A stretch of 64,000 bases of DNA from an uncultured Gemmatimonadaceae bacterium. Its GTDB lineage: Bacteria > Gemmatimonadota > Gemmatimonadetes > Gemmatimonadales > Gemmatimonadaceae. The position numbers and the translations under genes were made by a program. Shown here piece by piece: positions 36,401-50,958 of the stretch. Every line of letters starts with the position of its first letter. The first letter of the stretch is position 1. The notes under the pieces are model-generated. The model saw only the letters and a list, made by a program, of their open reading frames with translations, searched no databases and was not told the DNA's origin. The stretch lies in NCBI GenBank assembly GCA_963843845.1, contig CAWJMB010000003.1:160001-224000 (forward strand). Direction: 5' to 3'.

Positions 36401-37275
36401 CGCGCCTCGAGCGCGCGGATCACCGCGTCGTAGTGCGCCGTGTTCCCGGCGAGCACGTACGAGCGCATGAGCAGCAGCCCGATCGTCCCGGTCGTCCCGC
36501 GAGCGGTGTCGCGGGTCCCCGTCGGCAGCGCGCCAGCGTCCTCGGTGACGTGCCCCGAGAGGTCGGGGTGATAGACGCCGACGTCCGGATGCTCGGCGGC
36601 CATCGCGCCGCCGTCGGCCGCGAGCAACTTCGCCCGAGGCCCCGTGCCGTACCGCGAGACCACGATGCGCACGAGACCGGCGAGGTTTTCCGGCGACGCC
36701 GCGAACCAGTGCCTCAGCACGAGATAGTAGGCGCGGACGTCCTGCGCCGTGCCGGGGATGAAGCGGAGCAGCGCCGGCACGCGTCGCAGCGCCTTCATCT
36801 GCCGCTCGCCGCTGCCCGCCGTGTCCGACGAGCCCTTCGCGCCGGTCAGCCGACGCATGATGCCTAACGGCGACCAGGCGCCGGGCGCCTCGCCGTCCAT
36901 GCGGAACTTGCCCATGCGCGTGAGGCGCATGAGCGGCGCGGCGCAGATCGCACAGACGATGGCGTCGCACTGCCCCTGCCGCGCAGTCAACGCCTCGAGC
37001 ACCGCGTCGACGTGCTCATCGAGGAAGAGCTGCGTGACGAGCAGGAAATCGGCGCGCGCGATGTCCTCGCGGCAACGCCGCAGCGTCTCCGGGCGCGCCT
37101 CCCACTCCGCCGCCACGTGCACGCTCACCGTCAGCCCCGGCGCCTCGGCGCGGAGCCGCGCCTGCGCGGCGCTGACGGCGCTCGCGAGGTGCGCGTTCAG
37201 CGTGACGATGACGAACCGCGCCGAGCGCGACGTCGTCGTCACGGGCTGCTCAGCGGCCGAAGTGCGCTTTGGCAT
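33479..37275 (-). CDS. bchH: magnesium chelatase subunit H; frameshift near 34065
   Basis: MPKRTS start, [50 protein letters not shown]. Confidence 0.95.
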
Positions 37276-38878
37276 CGTAGAGCGTCTCGACCGAGATCTC
37301 GACCAGTCCCTGCTCGCGCGCGAACGACTCCGTGTTGCGCCGCGCCTTCGGCCGCACGAAGAACGGAATCTTCGCCAGCTCGCGCTCCGCGTCGGTGCTC
37401 CAGCGCGCGACGGTGACGGGCGGCGGGGCGACGGCAGTGGCGACAGGGAGGTCGCGACCGGTGTCACGAGCGGTGGTGCGGCGGTGGCGTGCGGGCGCCG
37501 CCGCGCCCGCCGCCGCGCCCGCCGCGTGGCCCAGGTGCGACGGCGCCGCCCCGTCGTGAAACTCGAAGTCGTCGCGGAACATCGTCAGCAGGTGCTCCTC
37601 GAGTCCCATCATGAGCGGGTGCACCCACGTGTCGAACAGCACGTTCGCCCCCTCGACGCCCATCTGCGGCGCGTGGCGGGCGGGAAAGTCCTGCACGTGG
37701 ATCGGCGCCGAGATCACCGCGCACGGCACGCCGAGGCGCTTCGCGACGTGGCGCTCCATCTGGGTGCCCAACACCAGCTCCGGCGCCGCCGCGGCGATCG
37801 CCGACTCGACGTCGAGGTAGTCGTCGCTGATGAGCGCCGTGAGCCCGTACTCGGCCGCCGCGGCGCGGACCTCGCGCGCCATCTCGCGGCTGTACGTGCC
37901 GAGCCCGACGAGCGTGAAGCCGAGCTCCGTCGTCGCGACGCGCGCCGCGGCGATCGCGTGCGCGCCGTCGCCGAACACGAACACGCGCTTGCCGGTGAGG
38001 TACGTCGAGTCGACCGAGCGCGAGTACCACGGCAGCCGTGCGCGCGACGCGACCTCCTCGGCGAGCGACTCGCCGTCGGTGCGGCCCAACAGTCGCGCGA
38101 CCTCGCGCACGAAGTCACGCGTCGCACCGACGCCGATCGGAACGACGCGCGTGTATGGTTGCCCGAACGACCGCTCGAGCCACTGCGCCGTCGACGTGGC
38201 GACTTCCGGGTAGAGCACCACGTTGAACCCCGCGTCCGGCAGTCGCTCGATGTCCGCCATCGAGGCGCCCAACGGCGCGACGACGTTCACCGAGACGCCG
38301 AGGGCCTCGAGCAGCTCGCGGACCTCGCGCACGTCGTCGCGGTGGCGGAAGCCCAACGACGTGGGGCCGAGGATGTTGCAGCGCGCCGCGACGCTCGCGG
38401 GGCGCGGGAGCGCGGGCGTCGCATTGCGCGCCGCGCGGTCGCCCAGCGTCGAGCGAACGATGCGATAGAGCGTCTCGCTCGCGCCCCAGTTCTCCTTCTT
38501 CGAGTACGCCGACAGCTCCACCGGAATGACCGGCACCGGCAGCCCACACGCCTCGCCGAGCCCGCCAGGATCGTCCTGGATCAGCTCTGCCGTACACGAC
38601 GCGGACACGAGCACCGCCGACGGGCGGAACCGCTCGTACGCGTCGCGCACCGAGGTCATGAACAGGTTCGCCGTGTCGCCACCCAGATCGCGCGCTTGGA
38701 ACGTCGTGTACGTGACCGGCGGGCGTGACGCGCGGCGCTCGATCATCGTGAACAGGAGGTCGGCGTACGTGTCGCCCTGCGGGGCGTGCAGCACCAGGTG
38801 GACGTCGCGCATCGACGCGGCGACGCGCATCACGCCGACGTGCGGCGGTCCCTCGTAGGTCCAGACGGAGAGCTGCAC
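37250..38878 (-). CDS. bchB: DPOR subunit B
   Basis: [53 protein letters not shown]. Confidence 0.96.
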   Translation of the reverse strand: MQLSVWTYEGPPHVGVMRVAASMRDVHLVLHAPQGDTYADLLFTMIERRASRPPVTYTTFQARDLGGDTANLFMTSVRDAYERFRPSAVLVSASCTAELIQDDPGGLGEACGLPVPVIPVELSAYSKKENWGASETLYRIVRSTLGDRAARNATPALPRPASVAARCNILGPTSLGFRHRDDVREVRELLEALGVSVNVVAPLGASMADIERLPDAGFNVVLYPEVATSTAQWLERSFGQPYTRVVPIGVGATRDFVREVARLLGRTDGESLAEEVASRARLPWYSRSVDSTYLTGKRVFVFGDGAHAIAAARVATTELGFTLVGLGTYSREMAREVRAAAAEYGLTALISDDYLDVESAIAAAAPELVLGTQMERHVAKRLGVPCAVISAPIHVQDFPARHAPQMGVEGANVLFDTWVHPLMMGLEEHLLTMFRDDFEFHDGAAPSHLGHAAGAAAGAAAPARHRRTTARDTGRDLPVATAVAPPPVTVARWSTDAERELAKIPFFVRPKARRNTESFAREQGLVEISVETLYDAKAHFGR

Positions 38879-38888
38879 GCGGTGTCCT

Positions 38889-40876
<1,988 letters not shown>

Positions 40877-40982
40877 AATCACGAATGCCAGCGCATGTTC
40901 CGCCGCCACGGAAACCGAAGCACGCTCCGTGGCTCGTGTTCACCGCCGTCCTCCTCCCCCCTCCCGCGCCTTGGGGTATCCC

Positions 40983-41801
40983 ATGAGCGACGCACGACGC
41001 CGGCGCGACCTCTCGACCAGCCCTGATAGCGGTGCGGCGCTCACCCTCGCGCGCACCGTCGAGCACGAGCTGGTGCCGCGCCTGCTCCTCGCCCACCGCG
41101 TCGGGCCGCACGCGCCGCGGCAGACCGCGCTCGCCGTCGAGATGGTCTCGGCGGCCGACCTCGACAGCTATCTCTCGCTCGTGCTGACCGGCGGCGACGA
41201 CGCGAACGACCGCTTCGTGAGCGCGCTGATCGACCGCGGCGCGACGGTCGACGCCGTCTTCCTCGATCTCATCGCGCCGACGGCGCGCACGCTCGGCGAC
41301 CGGTGGTCCGAGGACAGCTGCGACTTCGTGGAGGTCACGTTCGCGCTCGGGCGGCTGCAGCGGGCCTTGCGGCTGCTGTCGCACGCGTTCGCGGCGCCTG
41401 CCACGACGGCGACCGCCGGGCGCCTGCTCCTCTCGAGTGTGCCCGGCGAGCAGCACACGCTCGGGCTGCTGATGGTCGGCGAGTTCCTCATCCGCGAGGG
41501 GTGGGAGGTGACGATCGCCTTCCCGCACGATCGCAAGCGCCCCCACGATCTCGCCCGCGCCGAGTCGTACGACGTCGTCGCATTCTCGGCGTCGTGCGAC
41601 AGCAGCTTGCCGCACCTGCGGCGCGAGATCGCCGACGTGCGCCGCTACTCCCGGAACCCCCGCGTGGGTATCATGGTCGGTGGGCGGTGCTTCGTCGAGC
41701 ACCCCGAGCTCGTCGCGCGGGTCGGCGGCGACATGACCGCCACCGACGGCCGCGCGGCACCCGACCAGGCTCGCGCGCTCGTCACCGCCATGCACAGCTG
41801 A
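40983..41801 (+). CDS. aerR: cobalamin-binding antirepressor AerR/PpaA
   Basis: ARTLGDRWSEDSCDFVEVT, PGEQHTLG B12 motif, IMVGG; directly upstream of ppsR. Confidence 0.9.
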   Translation: MSDARRRRDLSTSPDSGAALTLARTVEHELVPRLLLAHRVGPHAPRQTALAVEMVSAADLDSYLSLVLTGGDDANDRFVSALIDRGATVDAVFLDLIAPTARTLGDRWSEDSCDFVEVTFALGRLQRALRLLSHAFAAPATTATAGRLLLSSVPGEQHTLGLLMVGEFLIREGWEVTIAFPHDRKRPHDLARAESYDVVAFSASCDSSLPHLRREIADVRRYSRNPRVGIMVGGRCFVEHPELVARVGGDMTATDGRAAPDQARALVTAMHS

Positions 41802-41812
41802 AGACGTCTCGG

Positions 41813-43315
41813 ATGGCGACGAAGAAGTGGACGCGACCTGTGACGGCGGCGGGCGCCTCGGGCGACCTGGGCGCCGCGAGCGCCGCCGACGTCGAGCTGG
41901 CGCAGGCCATCGTGTCGCTCGACGGCGAGGCGGCCGCCGGCATCGTCGCGGCGATCAGCGACGTCGCCATCGTCGTCGACGCGCAGGGCACGATCCGCTC
42001 GGCGCGGGCAGGGAACAACGAAGCGCTGTCGCGCGCCATCGTGTCGTGGGTCGGGCGCCGGTGGGTCGACACGGTCACCTCCGAGACGCGCAGCAAGATC
42101 GACCTGCTGCTGCGTGACGCCGCGGCCGGTGGAAGCTCGCCGCGCCGCCAGGTCAACCACATCACCGCCGAAGGCGACGACCTGCCGGTGTCGTACGCGG
42201 CGGTCCGACTCGCGCAGGACGGGATGGTGCTCGCCGCCGGCCGCGACCTGCGCGCCGTCTCGGTGCTGCAGAAGCGGCTCGTCGAGACGCAGCAGGCGAT
42301 GGAGCGCGACTACTGGAAGCTGCGCAGCGTCGAGACGCGCTACCGCCTGCTCTTCCAGCTCTCCGACGAAGCGGTGCTCATCGTCGATGCCGGCACGCGC
42401 CAGATCGTCGACGCGAACGCCGCCGCGCTGCGGGCGCTCGACCTGCCAGCGGAGCGGCTGCTCGGACAGCCGTTCCCGGTCGGCGTCGACGCCGCCGCCG
42501 CGGCGACGCTCGGCGAACTGCTCGGACGGACGCGGGCGGCCGGGCGCGCGGAGCCGGTCATCGTCGAGCTGCAGAACGGCCGCGAGATGCGCGCATCGGC
42601 GTCGTTCTTCCGACAGGACTCGGCGACGATGTTCCTCGTGCGCCTCGTGCCGGTCGGCGACGACTGGGCGCCGTCGGGCGTCGGCGCGTCGGTCTCCGAG
42701 CTGCTCGCGAACGCGCCCGACGGGTTCGTCGTCACCACGCTCGCCGGCGACGTGCTCCAGGCGAACCAGACGTTCCTCGACATCGCGCAGATCGGCTCCG
42801 AGGAGCACGCGCGCGGCCGCTCGATCAGCGAGTGGATCGGCCGGCCGGGCGCGGACCTCGGCGTCATGCTCGAGACGCTGCGGCAGCATGGGGTCGTGCG
42901 ACTGCTCGCGACGACGGCGCACGGCGAACATGGCAACGCCACCGAGGTCGAAGTCTCCGCGGTGTGGGCGCCCGACGCCCCGCAGCCGTGCATCGGCTTC
43001 CTCGTCCGCGACATCGGGCGGCGCGTGGCGATGGGCGCGCAGGGCGCGCGCGACCTCACGCGCGCCGTCGAGCAGCTCACCGACCTCGTCGGGCGCACGT
43101 CGCTGCCAGATCTGCTGCGCGACACGGTCGACCTCGTGGAGCGCCACTTCATCGAGGCCGCACTCGAACTGACGCACGACAACCGAACGGCGGCGGCGGA
43201 GGTGCTCGGGCTCAGCCGCCAGAGCCTGTACGTCAAGCTGCGACGATACCATCTGCTCGCCCCGACGGACGACGGCGACACCGACGGGTCGTCTCGAGAG
43301 TCGCGGCACACCTGA
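41813..43315 (+). CDS. ppsR: transcriptional regulator PpsR/CrtJ
   Basis: PAS domains, QQAMERDY..LR..ETRYR Q-linker, C-terminal HTH LGLSRQSLYVKLRRY. Confidence 0.95.
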   Translation: MATKKWTRPVTAAGASGDLGAASAADVELAQAIVSLDGEAAAGIVAAISDVAIVVDAQGTIRSARAGNNEALSRAIVSWVGRRWVDTVTSETRSKIDLLLRDAAAGGSSPRRQVNHITAEGDDLPVSYAAVRLAQDGMVLAAGRDLRAVSVLQKRLVETQQAMERDYWKLRSVETRYRLLFQLSDEAVLIVDAGTRQIVDANAAALRALDLPAERLLGQPFPVGVDAAAAATLGELLGRTRAAGRAEPVIVELQNGREMRASASFFRQDSATMFLVRLVPVGDDWAPSGVGASVSELLANAPDGFVVTTLAGDVLQANQTFLDIAQIGSEEHARGRSISEWIGRPGADLGVMLETLRQHGVVRLLATTAHGEHGNATEVEVSAVWAPDAPQPCIGFLVRDIGRRVAMGAQGARDLTRAVEQLTDLVGRTSLPDLLRDTVDLVERHFIEAALELTHDNRTAAAEVLGLSRQSLYVKLRRYHLLAPTDDGDTDGSSRESRHT

Positions 43316-43356
43316 CCGATCGACGGCGCCACCCGGCGCCGATTCGTACCTCCGAC

Positions 43357-43374
43357 TGTAAATCAAACTTGACG
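43357..43374. promoter_or_regulatory. PpsR box-like site just upstream of bchG
   Basis: TGTAAATCAAACTTGACG (TGT-N12-ACG). Confidence 0.65.
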
Positions 43375-43377
43375 GTC

Positions 43378-44293
43378 ATGGGCGTCACGCTATCATTGCA
43401 CTCGGGGTCACGACGGCTCCGGCCGGCGGTGGTGCTCGAGCTGCTGAAGCCGATCACCTGGTTTCCGCCGATGTGGGCGTTCGCCTGCGGCGCCGTGTCC
43501 GCGGGAGGGGCGCTGCGCGAGCGGTGGCCGGTGGTGCTCGTCGGGGTGCTCGTCGCAGGGCCGCTCGTGTGCGGCGCCAGCCAAGCGGTGAACGACTGGT
43601 TCGATCGTGAGGTGGACGCGGTGAACGAGCCTCGCCGGCCCATACCGTCGGGACGTCTTCCCGGCCGCAGCGGCCTCGCCGTGGCGGTCGGATGGTCGCT
43701 GCTGTCGCTCGCCGCCGGCGCGCTCCTCGGCGTGCGCGGCTTCCTCGCGACGCTCGCCGCCGTCGCGCTGGCGTGGGCGTACAGCGCGCCGCCGCTCCGT
43801 CTCAAGGCCAACGGCTGGTTCGGGAACGCCGCCGTCGGCCTGTCCTACGAGACGCTCGCCTGGATCACCGGCGCGATCGTCGCGAGCGGCGGCCGCACCC
43901 CGGTGACCACCATCGCCCTCGTCGCGCTCCTCTACGGCCTCGGCGCGCACGGCATCCTCACGCTGAACGATTTCAAGGCGATCGAGGGGACTGCGCTTCG
44001 GCGTGCGGTCGCTCCCCGTGCAGCTCGGCGTGCAGCGCGCGGGGCAGGTCGCGTGCGCCGTGATGCTCGTGCCGCAGCTCGTCGTCGTCGCGCTGCTGGT
44101 CTCACTCGGCGCCACGGGCTCGGCGGCGCTCCTCGCGGCGATCGTCGCGCTGCAGTTGCCGCTCATGCGCCGCTTCCTCGGCGCGGTGCGCGAGCGGGCG
44201 CTCTGGTACAGCGCGGTCGGCGTGCCGGTCTACGTGACCGGCATGATGATCAGCGCCGTCGCCCTGCGACATACCGGAGTGATGGCGACGTGA
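43378..44293 (+). CDS. bchG: bacteriochlorophyll synthase; frameshift near 43990
   Basis: ELLKPITWFPPMWAF, NDWFDR.VDA.NEP.RPIPSG, LNDFKAIEG; RSLPVQLG and YVTGMM in the next frame. Confidence 0.94.
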
Positions 44294-45669
44294 CGCGCGA
44301 CGTGACGCGCGACGTGTCGTGGGGGCGCGTCGTCCGCCTCGGGCTCGTGCAGCTCGCCATCGGCGCCGTCGCGGCGCTGCTCACGTCGGTGCTGAACCGC
44401 GTGATGGTCGTCGAACTCGGCCTTCCCGCCACCGTGCCGAGCGCGCTGGTCGCGATGCACTTCGCGGTGCAGATGCTGCGCGCGCCGATGGGGCACGCGT
44501 CGGACCTCGGCGGGCGGCGGCGCTGGATCTTCGGCGGCGCGGTGGGGCTCGCCGCGGGCGCGACGCTCGCCGCATTCGGACTCTCGGTCGCCGTGGCGGA
44601 TCGCGCGCCGGGCCTCGCGCTCGCCGCGGTCGGCGTCGCACTGATCGGGCTCGGCATGAGCGCGTCGGGGACGGCGTTGCTCGCCGAAATCGCGGACGTC
44701 GTCGCACCGGAGCGGCTCGGGCGCGCGGCGGCGCTGCTGTGGGTCATGATGCTCGTCGGGATCGTCGCGACGGCCGGCGGAGCGGGAGCGGTGCTCGACC
44801 CGTTCACGTTCCGGCAGCTCGTGCACGTCTGCGCGGCGGTCGGCGTCATCGGTCTCGTCTTCGCCGCCGTCGCAGCGACGGGCGCGCGCGCCGTGCCGAA
44901 GGCGACGCCGAGCGGAGCGCGGATCGGAGTGCCGCACGCGCCCGTCGCGGGCGCGCCCGAGCCGTCGTTCCGCGAGGCCGTCCAGGCCGTCTGGAGCGAT
45001 CCGACGACGCGCGGCTTCGCGACGTTCGTGTTCGCCGCGATGCTCGCGTTCAGCATGCAGGACCTCATCCTCGAGCCCTACGCGGGGATCGTGTTCAACC
45101 TCTCGCCCGGCGCGTCGACGCGGCTCGGCGGGACGCAGCATGCCGGCGTGCTCGTCGGGCTCGTCGGCGCGGCGCTGCTCAGCGCGCGGGTCGGCACGCT
45201 GCGCGCGTGGGCGGTCGGCGGATGCGCGGCGAGTGGGCTCGCGCTGTTCGCGCTCGCGACGACGCCGGCGTCGGGATCGCTCGCCGTGCTGCGCGTCGCG
45301 GTGTTCGCGCTCGGCCTCGCGAACGGCGCATTCGCGGTCGGCGCGTTGGGCGCGATGATGGCCATCACCGCAGGCGACCGCGCGGCCGACGGCTCGTCGC
45401 GTGCCGGACTCCGCGTCGGCGTCTTCGGCGCGGCGCAGGCGATCGCGTACGGACTCGGCGGGCTGCTCGGCGGCGTGCTGAGCGACGTCGCGCGCGCGGC
45501 GTCAGGGTCGGCTGCGCGCGGGTATGGCGTGGTGTTCATGATCGAAGGGGTGCTGTTCATCGCGGCCGCCTGGATGGCCGCGCGCAGCACGCCCGATGTC
45601 GGTCCCTCTTCCCGCGGCGTGGCGCAGTCCGACGCGCACGGCGCCGCGCTCCTCGCAGCGATCCGCTGA
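44290..45669 (+). CDS. pucC: PucC-family (BCD, 'bch2') MFS transporter
   Basis: VRLGLVQ, LNRVMVVEL, MQDLILEPYAG, GVFGAAQAIA; between bchG and bchP. Confidence 0.88.
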   Translation: MTRDVTRDVSWGRVVRLGLVQLAIGAVAALLTSVLNRVMVVELGLPATVPSALVAMHFAVQMLRAPMGHASDLGGRRRWIFGGAVGLAAGATLAAFGLSVAVADRAPGLALAAVGVALIGLGMSASGTALLAEIADVVAPERLGRAAALLWVMMLVGIVATAGGAGAVLDPFTFRQLVHVCAAVGVIGLVFAAVAATGARAVPKATPSGARIGVPHAPVAGAPEPSFREAVQAVWSDPTTRGFATFVFAAMLAFSMQDLILEPYAGIVFNLSPGASTRLGGTQHAGVLVGLVGAALLSARVGTLRAWAVGGCAASGLALFALATTPASGSLAVLRVAVFALGLANGAFAVGALGAMMAITAGDRAADGSSRAGLRVGVFGAAQAIAYGLGGLLGGVLSDVARAASGSAARGYGVVFMIEGVLFIAAAWMAARSTPDVGPSSRGVAQSDAHGAALLAAIR

Positions 45670-45680
45670 CGAACTCGCCT

Positions 45681-46898
45681 ATGTCTTCCCTGCCGAACGC
45701 CCGCCCGCTCGACCGCTTCGACGCCGTCGTCGTGGGCGGCGGCCCCGCCGGCGCGACTGCCGCGCACGAGCTGGCTCGCCGTGGGTGGAGCGTGCTCCTG
45801 CTCGACCGTCAGGGCCGCACGAAGCCGTGCGGCGGTGCCGTGCCGCCACAGTTGCTCCGCGACTTCGACGTGCCCGAATCGGTGCTCGTCGCGCGCATCG
45901 ACGAGGCGCGCATGGTCTCGCCGCGCGGCAAGCAGGTCGACATCCCGGTCGGTGACGGCTTCGTCGGGATGGTCGACCGCGGGTCGTTCGACGAATGGCT
46001 CCGCACCCGCGCCGCCGGCGCCGGTGCGGAGCGCCGCACGGGGATCTTCAAGAGCCTCGAGTACGTCGCCGACGGCGCCGTCGTGCGCTACACCGACGGC
46101 TCGTCGCGCGGCGGCGGCGAGGCCGCGGTGCACAGCCGGTTCGTCGTCGGCGCGGACGGCGCGCTGTCCGCCGTCGCGCGCGCCACCATCTCGTGCGCCG
46201 ACCAGGCGAAGCACGTCTTCGCGTATCACGAGATCGTCGCGAGCCCCGCGCCCGAGGTCGCGCCGCCAGGCTTCCACGCGGCGCGGTGCGACGTGTGGTA
46301 TCAGGGCGATCTGTCGCCCGACTTCTACGGCTGGGTGTTCCCGCACGGCCCGGTCACGAGCGTCGGCACGGGGAGCTTGCAGAAGGGCTACTCGCTGCGC
46401 GAAGGGGTGCGCATCCTGCGCGAGCGCGCCGGCCTCACGGATGTCGAGACGATCAAGCGCGAGGGCGCGCCGATTCCGATCCGCCCGCTGCCGCGCTGGG
46501 ACGACGGCCGCGCGGTCGTGCTCGCGGGCGACGCGGCGGGGGTCGTCGCGCCGGCGTCCGGCGAGGGGATCTTCTACGCGATGACCGGCGGGCGGCTCGC
46601 CGCGGATGCCGTCGACACGGCGCTCACGACTGGCGACGTGCGCGCGCTCAAGACGGCGCGCAAGCGCTTCCTCAGCGCGCACGGTCAGGTGTTCCGCATG
46701 CTCGGCATCATGCAGCGCTTCTGGTACTCGAGCGACAACCGGCGCGAGCGGTTCGTCGCGATCTGCCGCGACCGCGACGTGCAGCAGCTCACGTTCGACG
46801 CCTACATGCACAAGCGGCTCGTCCGCGCGAAGCCGATCGCCCACATGCGCATCTTCGCCAAGAACATCGCCCACCTGTTAGGCGCGGTGCCGGCATGA
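45681..46898 (+). CDS. bchP: geranylgeranyl reductase
   Basis: VVGGGPAG, KPCGGA, PDFYGWVFPHG, GDAAGVV..ASGEGI. Confidence 0.95.
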   Translation: MSSLPNARPLDRFDAVVVGGGPAGATAAHELARRGWSVLLLDRQGRTKPCGGAVPPQLLRDFDVPESVLVARIDEARMVSPRGKQVDIPVGDGFVGMVDRGSFDEWLRTRAAGAGAERRTGIFKSLEYVADGAVVRYTDGSSRGGGEAAVHSRFVVGADGALSAVARATISCADQAKHVFAYHEIVASPAPEVAPPGFHAARCDVWYQGDLSPDFYGWVFPHGPVTSVGTGSLQKGYSLREGVRILRERAGLTDVETIKREGAPIPIRPLPRWDDGRAVVLAGDAAGVVAPASGEGIFYAMTGGRLAADAVDTALTTGDVRALKTARKRFLSAHGQVFRMLGIMQRFWYSSDNRRERFVAICRDRDVQQLTFDAYMHKRLVRAKPIAHMRIFAKNIAHLLGAVPA

Positions 46899-46908
46899 GG
46901 ACGTCCGC

Positions 46909-48231
46909 ATGTTGATCTCGCTCGCGGTCGACTACCACCACGCGGACCTCGCGACCCGCGAACGGTTCCACCTCACGCCCGCGCGGCTCGACCGCCTGTA
47001 CGCGCTCGCGCAGGGGGAGACGGAGATCGTCGCCATCGCGACGTGCAACCGGAGCGAGGCGTACGCGTGGATCGGCGGGCAGCAGCGCCTGACCGAGGCG
47101 ACGTGGCGCCTGTTCGCGCGGAGCTGGATGGGCGACGCCGGCGCGTCGAAGCTGCTCGCGGTCGCCGTGCGGCGCACCGGTGTCGAGGCCGCGCGGCACC
47201 TCTTCCGCGTCGCGTCGGGGATCGAGTCGCAGGTGTTGGGCGACGGTCAACTGCTCGGTCAGTTGCGCGACGCGTACGCGCTCGCCGGGCTGCGCGGCGG
47301 CCCGCGCTCGATGGTCCGACGCCTCGTCGAGCAGGCGCTCCACGTCGGACGGCGGGTGCGCAAGGAGACGCAGCTCGCGAGCGGTCGGCAGTCGATCGGC
47401 GCCGAGGCGGCGAGGCTCGCCGCTCAGCGGTTCGGCTCGTCGATCGGGCGCGCGCGAGCGGTCGTCGTCGGCTGCGGAAAGACTGGCGAGCGCGTCGCGC
47501 GGCAGCTCGTGAAGCTCGGGGTCACCGACATCGTGCTCACGAACCGGACCCCCGACCGGGCGCAGCGACTCGCCACGCTGCTGCGTGGACGCGCCGCGCC
47601 GATCGACGCGCTGTACGCCGAGCTGGCGATGGCCGACGTCGCGGTGTTCGCCACCGCGTCGCCGGAGGCGGTGCTCTATGCCGATCCGCTCGTCGCGATG
47701 CGGCGGCGCTGCGAGACCGAGCGCTACCCGCTGCTCCTCATCGACATCTCGCTGCCGCGCAACATCGACGCGTCGGTCGCGCACATCCCGAACGTGGTCG
47801 TCGCGGACCTCGACGCGCTGCAGCCGGCGCTCGTCGCCGGCGAGCGCGACCGGCGTGACGCCGTGCCCCTCGCCGAGGCGATCGTCGAGGAAGAGCTGCG
47901 GCAGTTCGAGGCGTGGCTGACGGCGGCGCCGGTGCGCGCCGCCCTCGGGCCGCTCCGCCGCGAGCTGCGCGACATCTGTCGCCGGGAGGTCGCGTACATC
48001 ACTGCCCACGGCCACGGGCTCGCGGACGAATCGGAGGACGCGATCGCCGAGCGCACGGCGGACCGCATCGTCGCGAAGCTGCTCGCGCGGCCGATGATCG
48101 AGCTGCGCGGCGCGATGCTTCGCGGCGAGCCAGTCGAAGATCTCGTCTCGACGCTCACGCGCCTGTTCCCTCCCGGCGCGCTCGACGGCGCGCGCCTGGC
48201 CCCGCTGACGACGGTCGCCGCGCGCGACTGA
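46909..48231 (+). CDS. hemA: glutamyl-tRNA reductase
   Basis: ATCNRSE catalytic Cys motif, [38 protein letters not shown]. Confidence 0.92.
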   Translation: MLISLAVDYHHADLATRERFHLTPARLDRLYALAQGETEIVAIATCNRSEAYAWIGGQQRLTEATWRLFARSWMGDAGASKLLAVAVRRTGVEAARHLFRVASGIESQVLGDGQLLGQLRDAYALAGLRGGPRSMVRRLVEQALHVGRRVRKETQLASGRQSIGAEAARLAAQRFGSSIGRARAVVVGCGKTGERVARQLVKLGVTDIVLTNRTPDRAQRLATLLRGRAAPIDALYAELAMADVAVFATASPEAVLYADPLVAMRRRCETERYPLLLIDISLPRNIDASVAHIPNVVVADLDALQPALVAGERDRRDAVPLAEAIVEEELRQFEAWLTAAPVRAALGPLRRELRDICRREVAYITAHGHGLADESEDAIAERTADRIVAKLLARPMIELRGAMLRGEPVEDLVSTLTRLFPPGALDGARLAPLTTVAARD

Positions 48232-48254
48232 GTCGAAACGACGCACTGGAGTCG

Positions 48255-49260
<1,006 letters not shown>

Positions 49261-49263
49261 TGG

Positions 49264-50790
49264 ATGAGCAGCAGCGGTAGGCACGCGCCGCCGGGCCGGT
49301 CGGGTACGTCGCACGGCGCCGGGCCGCGCGTCGTCGTCGTCGGCGGCGGGATCACCGGACTCTCGGCGGCGTTCCGGCTCGCGCGGTCGGGCGCGCGCGT
49401 GACGGTGCTCGAGCGCGACGCGCGCGTGGGCGGCGTGATCGCGACGCACCGCAGCGACGGGTACGTGCTGGAGGAAGGGCCCATGACGGTGCTCCCGGCG
49501 CCGCCGCTCCTCGCGCTCGTGCGCGACCTCGGCCTCGAGGGCGCCGTCATCGCGCCGCGGCCGACGAGCCGCCGCCGCTACGTCGCGCGCGACGGGCGCC
49601 TGCACGTCGTCCCGACGTCGCCCGCACAGTTCGTCGCAACGCGCCTCCTCTCGCTCGGCGGGAAGGTGCGCCTCGTCAGCGAGCCGTTGCGGCGGCGCGG
49701 CGGGCACGACGTGGAGACGGCGGCGGCCTTCGCCGAGCGCCGGTTCGGGACAGAGGTGCGCGACTATCTCGTCGCGCCGTTCCTCCAGGGGGTGTACGCC
49801 GGCGAGGCCGACCGGCTCGGCGCGCGCCACGTGTTCCGGCGGCTCGTCGAGTTCGAGCGGCAGGGCGGCTCGGTACTGCGAGGCGCGGTGCGCGCGATGC
49901 GGCGGGCGCATGCCGAGCGGAAGCACGCGGCGCACGGCGCGGACCTCGCGCGCGTCGCCGCCGCGGCACCGGCGCCGATGTCGTTTCCGCGCGGGCTCGG
50001 CACGCTCACACACGCGCTGCGTGACGCGTTAGGCAGCCGCGTGACGTGCGGCGCGGCGGTCGAGCGCGTGCGGCGCACGGACGACGGCGCGTGGCAGCTC
50101 GAGATGGTGCAACACGGTCGCGCCCGCACGCTCGCCGCGGACGGCGTGGTGCTCGCACTGCCGGCGCCGGCGCTGCTCGCGATCGACATGCCCTCCGCGA
50201 TGCGCGACGCGCTCGCGCCGGTCGCCGCGGTGCCGCACGCGACGGTCGCGACGCTCTCGCTCGCATTCCGCCGCGACGACGTCGCGTCGCCGCTCGACGG
50301 GTTCGGCGTGCTGCTGCCGCCAATCGAGGAGCACGCGCTGCTCGGCGTGCTGTTCGCGTCGTCGCTGTTCGACGGACGCTGCCCGCCCGATCAGGTGCTG
50401 CTGACGTGCTTCGCGGGCGGCACCCGGCGTCCGGAGTTCGGGGCGTTGGGCGCCGACGCCCTGCTCGCGGCCGCGCGGCGCGACCTGGAGACGCTGTTCG
50501 GCGTGCGTGGCGAGCCGCTGCTCGTGCGGCACGCGCAGCACTGGAACGGCATCCCGCAGTACGGCGTCGACCACGAGTGCGTGACTGCGGCGGCCGAGTC
50601 CGTGGAGCGGACCTGGCCGGGGCTCGCGCTCACGGGCGCGTGGCGCGAGGGCGTCTCGGTCGGCGACTGCGTCGCGGCGGGCGCGCGGGCGGCAGAGCGG
50701 ATCGGCGCGGTGCGGTCGGCGCTCGGCGAGTTCACGCTGCCGCGGGCGCGTGAGACGATGGCGGAGAGCGGCGTGGCCGTCGGCGCGTAG
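49264..50790 (+). CDS. hemY: FAD-dependent protoporphyrinogen oxidase (HemY type)
   Basis: VVGGGITGL, RVGG.I.T, EEGP, GVYAG, GFG.L, IPQY, GVSVGDCV. Confidence 0.9.
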   Translation: MSSSGRHAPPGRSGTSHGAGPRVVVVGGGITGLSAAFRLARSGARVTVLERDARVGGVIATHRSDGYVLEEGPMTVLPAPPLLALVRDLGLEGAVIAPRPTSRRRYVARDGRLHVVPTSPAQFVATRLLSLGGKVRLVSEPLRRRGGHDVETAAAFAERRFGTEVRDYLVAPFLQGVYAGEADRLGARHVFRRLVEFERQGGSVLRGAVRAMRRAHAERKHAAHGADLARVAAAAPAPMSFPRGLGTLTHALRDALGSRVTCGAAVERVRRTDDGAWQLEMVQHGRARTLAADGVVLALPAPALLAIDMPSAMRDALAPVAAVPHATVATLSLAFRRDDVASPLDGFGVLLPPIEEHALLGVLFASSLFDGRCPPDQVLLTCFAGGTRRPEFGALGADALLAAARRDLETLFGVRGEPLLVRHAQHWNGIPQYGVDHECVTAAAESVERTWPGLALTGAWREGVSVGDCVAAGARAAERIGAVRSALGEFTLPRARETMAESGVAVGA

Positions 50791-50958
50791 CGGGCAGGGG
50801 GGCGATCGGTGGCTTAATTTGCTGAAGCATTCCGATCGTGGTCTCGCCATTCGACCGGAGGAGAGGCCGCAGTGTCGAGCGTTCGACGCCGCGCGCCGTC
50901 GACGGGTGAGAGGGTCGTTTCACGATGCGGATGGTCACCAACAGTCACCGCGATCACG

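Noticed and set aside
42832..45669. Apparent BchG-PucC fusion (945 aa)
   Set aside because: A frameshift near 43990 joins the frames; bchG ends at 44293.
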